Assembly: GCF_006345805.1 (NCBI RefSeq)
Contig: NW_021827946.1
Span: 1-9,443, forward strand
Origin: Octopus sinensis
Taxonomy: Eukaryota
Direction of reading: 5' to 3'
DNA length: 9,443 nt
The notes below the pieces were generated by a model. The model was not told the origin of the DNA and did not search any database. It saw only the letters and a program-made list of their open reading frames with translations. Numbering within the stretch: the first letter of the stretch is position 1; each line of letters starts with the position of its first letter. The position numbers and the translations under genes were made by a program. Below are positions 1-8,910 of this stretch, one piece after another.

Positions 1-83
1 ATGATGGTGGTGATGCTGCTACTGCTGTTGCTGCTGCTGCTGATAATGATGATGATGATGATGATGACTACTAGGACGACGAT
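1..83. repeat. Degenerate trinucleotide microsatellite (ATG/GCT/GAC)
   Basis: Runs of ATG, CTG and GAC triplets. These account for the low-complexity 1..270 ORF. Confidence 0.9.
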
Positions 84-649
84 GGCAATACAGTTAATTT
101 TGAATATCCCTTATGAAAAACCTTGTCAAGGAGTATTTCGTCTCTGTTCTGAGAATGGAACTAAATACAATCATAGTAAAAACATATTGCCGCCTTCTCT
201 TCCTCTTCCTTCTCCTCCTCCTTCTCCTCCTTCATATAAGAAAGAATCACAGTTAGAATCAAAGCAATGAACAATTTTATTCCGTTCAAATATTATCCGG
301 GTGCTCATTAAAAGAAACAGATAGGGGGTATTTTAGTGTACCCCCCAGGGGGGGATCGGGTCAGCTCTTCGGCTTGAAGTATGTATGGTCTGCTCCATCC
401 GGACTGTCCAGCCGGGATGGCCGGAAGTAATGCAAGAACGCCCTCATATTTTATGTCTGTAGTGTATAATTATGTATGCGTGCGTGTGCGTGTTTCTATG
501 CGTGAATAGATAAGATTTGTCATTTTAAGTTGATATGGAGACGTGTGAACATCTTTGCGTATATGTATGCTTAGTAGATGTGTTTCTTGGTAGTTATGTT
601 TACAAGTATATATCAATATATCGTAAAGTTATACGCATTATTCCCATAT

Positions 650-769
650 ACACTTACACACACACACACACATGTATATATATATACATATACATACCTA
701 TCTATTTGTCTACCTATCTATTTCTCTATATATATCTCTATATATATGTGTGTGTACATGTGTTTGTAG

Positions 770-813
<44 letters not shown>

Positions 814-930
814 GTATGTATGTATGTATACTTATCTACGTGTGTATGTATGTATGTATCTATCTATCTATCTATATTCATTACATTTATATAAGTGTGT
901 ATATGTATGCATATATATTTTGTACATACA
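650..930. repeat. Compound microsatellite (CA/TA/TG/TATG/TATC)
   Basis: Di- and tetranucleotide runs read directly from the sequence. Confidence 0.9.
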
Positions 931-933
931 TAT

Positions 934-1061
934 GTGGTAGTGTGGTAAGGCACTTCCTTCCCAACCGTATAGTTCCAGGTTCATTCCCATAGCATGGCAA
1001 CTTGGCCAAGTGTTTTCCACTGTAGTCTCGGGCTTACTATAAAGCCTTGTGACTGGATTTG
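934..1061 (+). mobile_element. tRNA-derived SINE, 5' head fragment
   Basis: Pol III A-box-like TGGTAGTGTGG (935-945) and B-box-like GGTTCATTCCC (978-988). The following ...CTTGGCCAAGTGTTTTCCACTGTAG...AAAGCCTTGTGACTGGATTTG resembles an abundant octopus SINE head (recalled, not searched). Confidence 0.75.
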
Positions 1062-1099
1062 TTATTCCGTCTTCGTTAATCATTTTAAATTACATTTTA

Positions 1100-1312
1100 T
1101 TTTTGTTTCAGCTCAGAGCTCCGGCCATGCTGATGCACCGCCGTTTAACGGATTAAGTCGACTACATCGACCCCAGTGCGTCACTGGTACTTAATTTATC
1201 GACCCCGAAAGGATTAAAAGGTAAAGTCGACCTCGGCGGAATTTGAACTCAGAACGCAGCAGCGGACGTAATGCCACAAAGCATTTCGCCCGGCGTGTTA
1301 ACGTCTCTGCCA
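1100..1312 (-). mobile_element. tRNA-derived SINE with Nin/Deu-like central domain, near full length, tail type A
   Basis: Minus strand: A-box-like TGGCAGAGACGTT (1312-1300), B-box GAGTTCAAATTCC (1250-1238) and central ATCCTTTCGGGGTCGATAAATTAAGTACCAG. Head and core align with the copy at 4981-5208. The tail aligns with 8760-8800. Confidence 0.9.
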
Positions 1313-1563
1313 AATCTGTTTACTTTCGTACATCAACTCTGTACTCGATGCCCTAATTCCCCGCAAATTATACAGGTGCCACCGATATGCGATGTTAGGC
1401 ATGAATCTGAGTATTACCATTCGGTTGATGACTCATGAAGCATTAGGGTCCATCTGTGTCTGTTCTACGCGTACATGTTTTAGCTATCGTTGCTTATTTA
1501 ATGCATTTTACATTATTCAGTAACTAAACACCGTGCATCCCGATTTTTGTTAACAGTATACAG

Positions 1564-1614
<51 letters not shown>
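1564..1614. repeat. (TA)n(TG)n microsatellite
   Basis: Perfect dinucleotide runs. Confidence 0.95.
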
Positions 1615-1616
<2 letters not shown>

Positions 1617-2028
1617 ACACTCTATATAAATTCTCTACTGGGAATGACCAAGTTTAAAAATCTGCTGGATCTCACTCATAAGGGAATCTTACATTGCTTA
1701 TAAACTCTATATTTGGAAGGACTCATATTAAACTCTGTTGGACCTTTGGACTTTACTCATAGGTTGTTGGAATAATGCATATATACCATTATGCCTAAAA
1801 AATGGATTTACAACTTCAATATCCATACATATCTTGCATCTATTTTCTTTACTTCACTCACTCTTTATTTTGTATCACATCTAAATAATGACTTAACTAT
1901 CCTCTCACACCGTCTCCGATGAAGGGATTTAATTAATAAATATCCTAGAAACGGCTGTTAGACCTTCTATCTATAAATGCTCTAATATCTACACAGCGTT
2001 GGTTTCTTATCTTATTACGCAAAATATT

Positions 2029-2030
<2 letters not shown>
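1615..2030 (+). mobile_element. Putative Penelope-like pLTR or retrozyme-type segment carrying a hammerhead motif
   Basis: About 415 bp of complex sequence between two microsatellites, containing the motif at 1912-1963. Boundaries are approximate and no TSD can be resolved. Confidence 0.45.
1912..1963 (+). ncRNA. Minimal type I hammerhead ribozyme motif (U4C core variant)
   Basis: Stem I GTCT(1912-1915)/AGAC(1960-1963); core CCGATGA (1916-1922); stem II GGGAT(1924-1928)/ATCCT(1942-1946); GAAA (1948-1951); near-palindromic stem III ACGGCTGT (1951-1958); GUU cleavage triplet (1957-1959). Confidence 0.75.
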
Positions 2031-2072
<42 letters not shown>

Positions 2073-2073
2073 T
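2031..2073. repeat. (TA)n microsatellite
   Basis: TA dinucleotide run. Confidence 0.95.
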
Positions 2074-2264
2074 AGGGTTAAAATAATTTTAATTAATATC
2101 ATCATTACTATAGAATTGCCGCCGTCGCTGCAATGATCGCCAGGATCATCATCAAAGTTCCATTAGAACTTCCCACTTTATTCGGATATTGCAACTATCT
2201 TGCATTACATTAAATATAGCTCTCAGTTGTTCATCAAAAAGCTAGAAAGTAAGTCCTGCGGACA

Positions 2265-2339
2265 TTATATATATGTATATGTATATACACATATATACAT
2301 AGAAACATACATACACACACACACATATATATAATAATA

Positions 2340-2376
<37 letters not shown>

Positions 2377-2421
2377 TTTGTGTGTGAGAGTGCGTTTGTG
2401 TGTGTATATGTGTGTATGTGT
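2265..2421. repeat. Compound TA/CA/TG microsatellite
   Basis: Dinucleotide runs read directly from the sequence. Confidence 0.9.
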
Positions 2422-2892
2422 AGCACACATTACAGAAAAAAAGAAGGTAAAAATACAATCCGTGAAGATACGAAAAAAAACTAAAAGAATATGAATTTAT
2501 GATATAAATTTGTTATATTGAGGAAAAAGAATAATAAATAGTAGAATAAAAGAAAATATAAGCAAAAGGAAAAGAAAAGAAAAGCGAAAAGAAAGCTGCG
2601 AAAATTATATAAACTATGTAATTAATTAAATGATGAAAAATTGAAGAAAGGGAATAATAGATTCATAAATATAATTCGTGGACTAAAAAATATGATTATG
2701 AAAAAATATCGAAAATAACAGGAAAATTGTTTTTGTCTTTTCCGCTGGATTTGTTAATTAAAATTTAAATTGATAATGTAAAAACGAGAATGAAATAGAT
2801 GTGAGAGAAACATTCAATTAGGTTTTGAGAGTACAAAGGAAGGTAGGTGGGAAAGATATGGTCACAATTTGTAAAACACACGCATATATTTT

Positions 2893-2896
<4 letters not shown>

Positions 2897-2936
<40 letters not shown>

Positions 2937-3036
2937 AAGAGAGAGAGAGAGAGAGAGAGAGGCATATACAGAGAAAATACATAGGCACAAACACACACAC
3001 AGAAATGTATATGTGTATGCGTGTGTGTGTGTGTGC

Positions 3037-3071
<35 letters not shown>
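2897..3071. repeat. Compound (TA)n(TG)n(GA)n(CA)n(TG)n microsatellite
   Basis: Dinucleotide runs read directly from the sequence. Confidence 0.9.
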
Positions 3072-3072
<1 letters not shown>

Positions 3073-3269
3073 ATAATCCAGTGTATGTACGCTTACATAT
3101 ACTCACACAGACATACTTATATACATATGCAGAGAGAGGTAAGTACACATCTAAATGGAGAGAGATAGAGAAGGAATAGTGAAAGAAATGACAGAAAAAG
3201 GAGAAAGGGAGAGAGGAGAGGGAGGAGCGAGAAGAGTGAGAATATATTTATTTGTGATCGTGTAAGCAT

Positions 3270-3507
3270 ACATATATTCATTATACATGCATGTATGTAT
3301 GCATATATAGCCATATACATATATATATATATATATATACATATATATGTATATAAATATATAATATATATATACATATATATGTATATAATATATATAT
3401 ATATTATAATATATATATATATACACATACATATATATTAAGATAGATAGATAGAAAGATAGATAGATAGATAGATAGATGATAGATAGATGATAGTAGA
3501 TAGATAA

Positions 3508-3581
<74 letters not shown>

Positions 3582-3714
3582 TGAGATATGTCTGTCTGTA
3601 TGTGTGTATGTATATATGTATATATATGCACACCCTTCTATAATCCCTGCGTAAATAAACGTGTGTGAGTGTCTCTGTGTGTGTTGTGTGTGTATGTATG
3701 TGTGTTTTGTGTAG

Positions 3715-3768
<54 letters not shown>

Positions 3769-3785
3769 GTATGTATATGTATGTA
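3270..3785. repeat. Compound microsatellite block including an imperfect (GATA)n array at about 3441-3581
   Basis: TA, GATA, TG and TATG runs. Confidence 0.9.
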
Positions 3786-4094
3786 TTACTATCTCTGCAT
3801 CTCTGTATACTACGAAGTTTTCTTTTAAAAACATATAATAAATACTTGCTATATTCTGCAATGCCTCTTTTCATTTTAAGCCAGGACTAATTATTATGTT
3901 TTTCCGCGTTTTTCTAGTTCTTTCTGTGAAACACTGAAATGCCGAAAGCCATTGTCGGCCTCCACGATGTCAGCGGCTGGATTGAATGATGAAGCGGTGG
4001 AAAGATATAGCGACGGAGTAACAAACTGATTGAAGCACAAATTGATCGAAACGTAATTCAACGAAAACGTAGCAAAAATATTCGTCTCGAAATA

Positions 4095-4682
4095 CAGGGC
4101 AAAGAGGACGGACGTTATTGAAATGGCTATTACTCAGCCCCAGTGGAAGTGACATATGACCGACAGGTACCATTCGTCTTAGCATTTTTCTTCTTTTCAG
4201 GTAAAGACGATAGAGTATCGCGTGTTTGCCTACGACAGTTATGTGAAGAACAACGAGTCTATCGCAGCAGTTCAGCGTGAGTTTCAGCGCCACTTCAATA
4301 TTCACCGAAATTCACGACGTACACTAATGATTAAGGGACTAGTGAGGCATTCCAATCAACTTGGCATTGATAATCGATCGGTAAGGCGTATTTTGCATGA
4401 AGACCTGCATTCCCACCCGTACAAATTGGTCATTGGGATACAGTTGAAACCATGTGACTATGCACAGAGCAATGCTTGAAAGAGTGGAGGCCAGCTTCAA
4501 ACAACGCCTTCAGAAATGCATCAATGAAAACGGACGCCACATGACGGATGTTGTTTTCCACACGTGATTTTGATAAATTCTAATTCAATACGAACACATT
4601 GATGTCAATTAAGTTTGCTTGCAGCTAAAATTAATGATTTTGTGAATTTTTCAAAAACGTCCATTCTCTGTGCCCCAGCCTG
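4095..4682 (+). mobile_element. Internally deleted, non-autonomous Tc1/mariner-superfamily DNA transposon (588 bp)
   Basis: Left TIR CAGG-----GCAAAGAGGACGGACGTTATTGAA (4095-4122) versus the reverse complement of the right TIR CAGGCTGGGGCACAGAGAATGGACGTTTTTGAA (4650-4682), differing by 4 mismatches and a 5-nt gap. TA flanks both ends (4093-4094, 4683-4684), and transposase remnants lie inside. Confidence 0.9.
4201..4567 (+). pseudogene. Transposase remnant: N-terminal DUF4817-like HTH region plus extreme C-terminus, catalytic DDD/E domain missing
   Basis: The frame from 4201 reads TIEYRVFAYDSYVKNNESIAAVQREFQRHFNIHRN...LGIDNRSVRRILHEDLHSHPYKL...QLKPCDYAQ. A second frame at 4472-4567 reads MLERVEASFKQRLQKCINENGRHMTDVVFHT*, resembling the RLxxCIxxNGxH C-terminal motif of these transposases. 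There is no ATG at the N-terminus. Confidence 0.85.
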
Positions 4683-4708
4683 TATTCGTCTTTCTAACTA
4701 GGTCATAA

Positions 4709-4728
4709 ACACACACACACACAAACAG

Positions 4729-4793
<65 letters not shown>

Positions 4794-4805
4794 GTATGTA
4801 TATAT
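4709..4805. repeat. (CA)n(TA)n microsatellite
   Basis: Dinucleotide runs read directly from the sequence. Confidence 0.95.
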
Positions 4806-4869
4806 GGGATCGATGTAATCGACTGGTCTCCTCCCCCAAAATTTCAGGCCTTGTGCCTATAGTAGAAAG

Positions 4870-4871
<2 letters not shown>
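4806..4871 (+). mobile_element. 5'-truncated SINE 3' fragment, tail type B
   Basis: GGGATCGATGTAATCGACTGG...AAAATTTCAGGCCTTGTGCCTATAGTAGAAAGAAT aligns with 5129-5195. Confidence 0.85.
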
Positions 4872-4902
<31 letters not shown>

Positions 4903-4917
4903 TATTATTATTATTAC

Positions 4918-4949
<32 letters not shown>

Positions 4950-4977
4950 TATTATTATTATTATTATTATTATCATT
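4871..4977. repeat. (ATC)10 followed by (ATT)n, an expanded SINE tail microsatellite
   Basis: Begins exactly at the SINE 3' end. The related copy also ends in ATTATCATTATTATT (5194-5208). Confidence 0.9.
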
Positions 4978-4980
4978 AAA

Positions 4981-5208
4981 GTGTTGAGCTAGCAGAATCG
5001 TTAGCTCCCTGGACAAAATGCTTAGTTGTATTTCGACCGTCGCTACGTTCTGAGTTGAAATTCCGCCGAGTTCGGCTTTACCTTTCATCCTTTCGGGTTC
5101 GATAAAAAGAATTACCAGTTGAACACTGGGGGTCGATGTAATCGACTGACTCCCATCCACAAAATTTCAAGCCTTGTACCTTTAGTAGAAAGGATTATCA
5201 TTATTATT
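4981..5208 (+). mobile_element. tRNA-derived SINE with Nin/Deu-like central domain, full length, tail type B
   Basis: A-box-like TAGCAGAATCG (4990-5000), degenerate B-box GAGTTGAAATTCC (5052-5064), core CCTTTCATCCTTTCGGGTTCGATAAA and an ATT-repeat tail. Homologous to the reverse complement of 1155-1312. Confidence 0.9.
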
Positions 5209-5557
5209 AAATGATAATATTATAAACAATAACTTTGAAGTCCGACAGTGGTTTACCTTCGATGTTATAGTTTATGACAACTTTCGTATTTTACACTCTG
5301 CCAAAGGACAGAGAAACCCACCAGATTAATGTAAAATTGTCTTTACCATAAGTGAACATAAAAACAAACATTAGCGAGTGTATATATATGTGTGCGAGCG
5401 TGCGTATGTGCGTACGTGTGTGGGTGTATATATATGTATATATATATATATCAATACACACATATTTAAACAAATTATTAACACTTTAATTAACCATTGT
5501 AATTGTTTGATACCTTAAATCTTTCAAATATTTGCTATATAGAAGAATATGTGATTT

Positions 5558-5559
5558 GT

Positions 5560-5590
<31 letters not shown>

Positions 5591-5678
5591 GTGTGTGGTG
5601 TGTGTGTGTGTGTGGTTGTGTGTCTGTGTTTGTGTCTGTGTGTGTATTGTGTGTGTATATATCACACACAGATATATG

Positions 5679-5717
<39 letters not shown>

Positions 5718-5812
5718 TATGTATATGTATAATTTATATATGTAATATATAATGTAACATACATACTATATATATATATATTATATATATTATATATATA
5801 TATATATATACA
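5558..5812. repeat. Compound TA/TG microsatellite
   Basis: Dinucleotide runs read directly from the sequence. Confidence 0.9.
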
Positions 5813-6061
5813 CCACACTCAATTTGTACACATACAAGGGGAGGAGCATATAGCTACGCAGATGAAGTGAAAGTGAGAGGGAAAACGATATATAGATGTG
5901 TATGCGTGTCGGTGTATGTGTTTCTGTGAGTGTGCGTGTGTGTGCAAGTGTGTGTGTGTGTCCATACATAATTTTGTGCACATTTAATTCAAGTTTAAAA
6001 TTTTACCATCACATGACATGCTGAATATCTATTATTTAGTTGTTTGTTATTACAAGCTACA

Positions 6062-6171
<110 letters not shown>

Positions 6172-6313
6172 AGTAACGATAATATATTAATAGTACATAT
6201 GTGTACAAACTTACACATCCATACATACAAACATACATATTATATATATGTGCGTATATGTGTGTGTATATACATACATTATATACAAACATACATAGAG
6301 ATAGACAGACAGA

Positions 6314-6355
<42 letters not shown>

Positions 6356-6566
6356 CTTACATGTGTGTATTTGTGAGGTGTGTGTGTGTGTGTTTTATTT
6401 TTCATGACGAAGAAAGCTAGGCAGAAACCAGACACTCTTCTCGACTGGTGTAGATGTACCAAAGACGCTGATATCAGCGAAGTGTTGATTTTGACGGTTA
6501 ATCTGTGAAATGTGAGCGTTTATTGATGACAGCAGGGGTGCAGACACAATTACATCCATACAAGTG

Positions 6567-6727
<161 letters not shown>

Positions 6728-6917
6728 AGAATTTATACATCAAACATATAAACCTACATAGATGCATGTATTTCATATATACACATGTACAGCAAAACGC
6801 AGGCTGATCCACGCATAGTTTTTTTATTTTTACTTACACACGCACACATATATCCTGAAGACTTTTCAAATATATACATACGCAAAATGCCATAAATAGA
6901 TACCACTGATCCTTGCT

Positions 6918-7102
6918 TATATATACATACATGCATACATACATGCATACAAACATGCATACATACATACATACATACATATATACATACATACATACAT
7001 ACATACATACGTATATATATATTTATTTATATGTTCATATATTATGTGTATATATATATATCCCTCAAACCAAAAATCCATTGAAATTACATATATATAA
7101 CA

Positions 7103-7141
<39 letters not shown>

Positions 7142-7156
7142 TATATATATATATAT
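6918..7156. repeat. (TACA)n and (TA)n microsatellite block
   Basis: Tetra- and dinucleotide runs read directly from the sequence. Confidence 0.85.
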
Positions 7157-7255
7157 AATGAATATACAGCAAACAATTTAGTTATATATTCATATATACA
7201 TTAGATTAAAACTTATGCCTGAAAGCACCGTAGTTATATGAACATGCCTATATGA

Positions 7256-7356
7256 ATATACACACGTACACATACACACACACACACTCACACACACTCA
7301 CACACACACACACACATATATATATGTATATATATGTCTATATATGTATATACATA
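7256..7356. repeat. (CA)n(TA)n microsatellite
   Basis: Dinucleotide runs read directly from the sequence. Confidence 0.9.
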
Positions 7357-8316
7357 TGAATTTATACATAGGTTTATATCCACGTACGTACGGAGAGAGA
7401 TACAGAAGAACAAGTGAAACTTTTTGTGCATATACTTATGTGTATACACACATAGACACAAACACGCACACGTATATATATATATATGTATATATTTACA
7501 AGGAAAGATACAAAGATTTTTGTGAAGCTAAGGATTCATCCGTCGTTCGATCGCGTTTCGCTGCTTCCGTTTTTCTGAGCAAATGTGAAAACGGAAACCG
7601 GAAACTCAGTGTAGCGACAGAGGGAAGGAAGCCTCAGCTTCGGCTCTATGAATAATGCCTACTACGCATATTTTGAACTCACTTTGGTCTCTTGTTTGTA
7701 AATTACAATACACTACACATATACGTATATATGTATATATATTTATATATACGTAGTATATATGCATGCATGTATGTATGCATATATATGTACATATGTA
7801 TGTATACACAGACACACATATATATATGCAAAAACTTCCGTTTACAAGTCTATTTTTAGGGCAGCTGATATATATGGAAATAAGGAATAAACCCTCCAAT
7901 ATTTCCCTAATCAATATGACGTCTATCTTCCACTTTTTAAAATACCGTTTATGCTTCTTAGCTCCTTCATTGTTTTTCATTTATTGGATCTATTGTCATG
8001 AATTTTATTACTTGCTCATCGTGTTCTATTATAGTAGATCTTAAATTTTTCAGTCTAAACTTACAGACCCAAAAATGCATATTAAAATTATATACGGCCT
8101 CGTCTTTGAAAACCCAAATATTTTGTAAGATGGTGACAGTATTTGAATGTTTACGCTACATGTTCGCTCAATATACTACGTTGACTTGTATGCCGAAAAA
8201 TACATTATATGATTTTCATGAATTATATATGAATGCAATTGCAGCGTGGAAGGTGTTTGTAAGCCATTTAAGAAACACACAAAAGCCGTTCAATTCACTT
8301 CAACATTTAAGTTTAA

Positions 8317-8366
8317 TTTGTCAAAATATTTTCGTCGCTAAAATCCGCGACCTGTTCACTGACAAA
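8317..8366 (-). ncRNA. Minimal type I hammerhead-like motif, G3:C8 variant (copy 1)
   Basis: The minus strand reads TTTGTCA-GTGAACA-G-GTCGC-ggatttta-GCGAC-GAA-AATATT-T-TGACAAA. This gives a 7-bp stem I, a 5-bp stem II and a palindromic stem III. Confidence 0.6.
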
Positions 8367-8388
8367 AATCCGTGCTGCATCTGAGAAA

Positions 8389-8433
8389 GTCAGTGAACAG
8401 GTCGCGGTCTTAAAGCGACGAAAATATTTTGAC
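8389..8433 (+). ncRNA. Minimal type I hammerhead-like motif, G3:C8 variant (copy 2)
   Basis: GTCA(8389-8392)-GTGAACA(8393-8399)-G-GTCGC(8401-8405)-loop-GCGAC(8415-8419)-GAAA(8420-8423), with palindrome AATATT (8423-8428), T8429 and TGAC (8430-8433). Confidence 0.6.
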
Positions 8434-8740
8434 AAATTAAACTTAAATGTTGAAGTGAATCGAACGGCTTTTGTGTGTTTCTTAAATGGCTTACAAACAC
8501 CTTCCACGCTGCAATTGTTTTCGTTTCAGCACACGATCTCAGATCAAATCACTTGCTATGCGAGTACATCCCCTATATATGAATGATTATCTTTAAACGA
8601 ACCAGACTGGTTGAATGTCTTGTTAATTCTGTATGATTATGGGGAAATATTTAGGAACGTAGATCTAAGTATAACTACAACGGCTTATCCCCGTATTCAA
8701 CGATCTGTATTTCTACAATTATTCGTTGTAGACATGTAGT

Positions 8741-8909
8741 TACTCTTTTACTCTTTTACTTGTTTCAGTCATTTGACTGCGGCCAAGCTGGAGCACTGCC
8801 TTTAGTCGAGCAAATCGACCCCAGGATTTATTCTTTGTAAGCCTAGTACATATTCTATCGGTCTCTTTTGCCGAACCTCTACGTTACGGGGACGTAATTA
8901 CACCAGCAT
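8741..8909 (-). mobile_element. SINE 3' half (different body), tail type A
   Basis: The minus strand ends ...CCTGGGGTCGATTTGCTCGACTAAAGGCAGTGCTCCAGCTTGGCCGCAGTCAAATGACTGAAACAAGT(AAAAGAGT)2. The tail aligns with 1103-1142. Confidence 0.85.
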
Positions 8910-8910
8910 T

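Larger units (their letters stand above)
8236..8517. repeat. Long inverted repeat, 128/129-bp arms with a 25-nt spacer
   Basis: The arms are reverse complements except for one substitution (8292) and a divergent 8/9-nt patch (TAAAATCC at 8339-8346 versus GGTCTTAAA at 8406-8414). Confidence 0.97.
8236..8573. mobile_element. 338-bp non-coding insertion with an internal inverted repeat and a 12-bp target-site duplication; probable Penelope-like inverted-pLTR or retrozyme-type element
   Basis: Perfect direct repeat TATATATGAATG at 8224-8235 and 8574-8585. Inside are an inverted arm (8236-8363), a 25-nt spacer, a second arm (8389-8517) and a 56-nt unique extension. Each arm carries a hammerhead-like motif. 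Confidence 0.8.

Noticed and set aside
934-1000. Possible tRNA gene from A/B boxes (also 1238-1312 and 4990-5064)
   Set aside because: No cloverleaf could be drawn, and the boxes continue into SINE body sequence.
2450-2830. Strongly A/purine-rich tract
   Set aside because: Low-complexity sequence with no periodic unit, ORF or element boundary.
3935-4070. TGATGA and GAAA words suggesting another hammerhead
   Set aside because: No consistent stems I-III could be built around them.
4651-5160. 169-aa minus-strand ORF (MDGSQSITSTPSVQLVILFIEPERMKGK...)
   Set aside because: It is the antisense translation of two SINE copies plus microsatellites.
6466-6479. Perfect 14-bp palindrome CGCTGATATCAGCG
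   Set aside because: One 7-bp-arm palindrome in about 9 kb is within chance expectation, and there is no supporting context.
7998-8507. ORFs 7998-8384 (+) and 8313-8507 (-)
   Set aside because: They run across the boundary or arms of the non-coding inverted-repeat insertion and show no recognisable protein motif.
8236-8517. Interpretation as a classical MITE or a pre-miRNA
   Set aside because: The TSD-defined element extends 56 nt beyond the right arm, so the repeats are not terminal, and the duplication is 12 bp. The stem is much longer and more perfect than an animal pre-miRNA.
8672-8742. Short overlapping inverted repeats (TAACTACA/TGTAGTTA, TCTACAA/TTGTAGA)
   Set aside because: These are 7-8-bp AT-rich stems, too weak to call without homologues.
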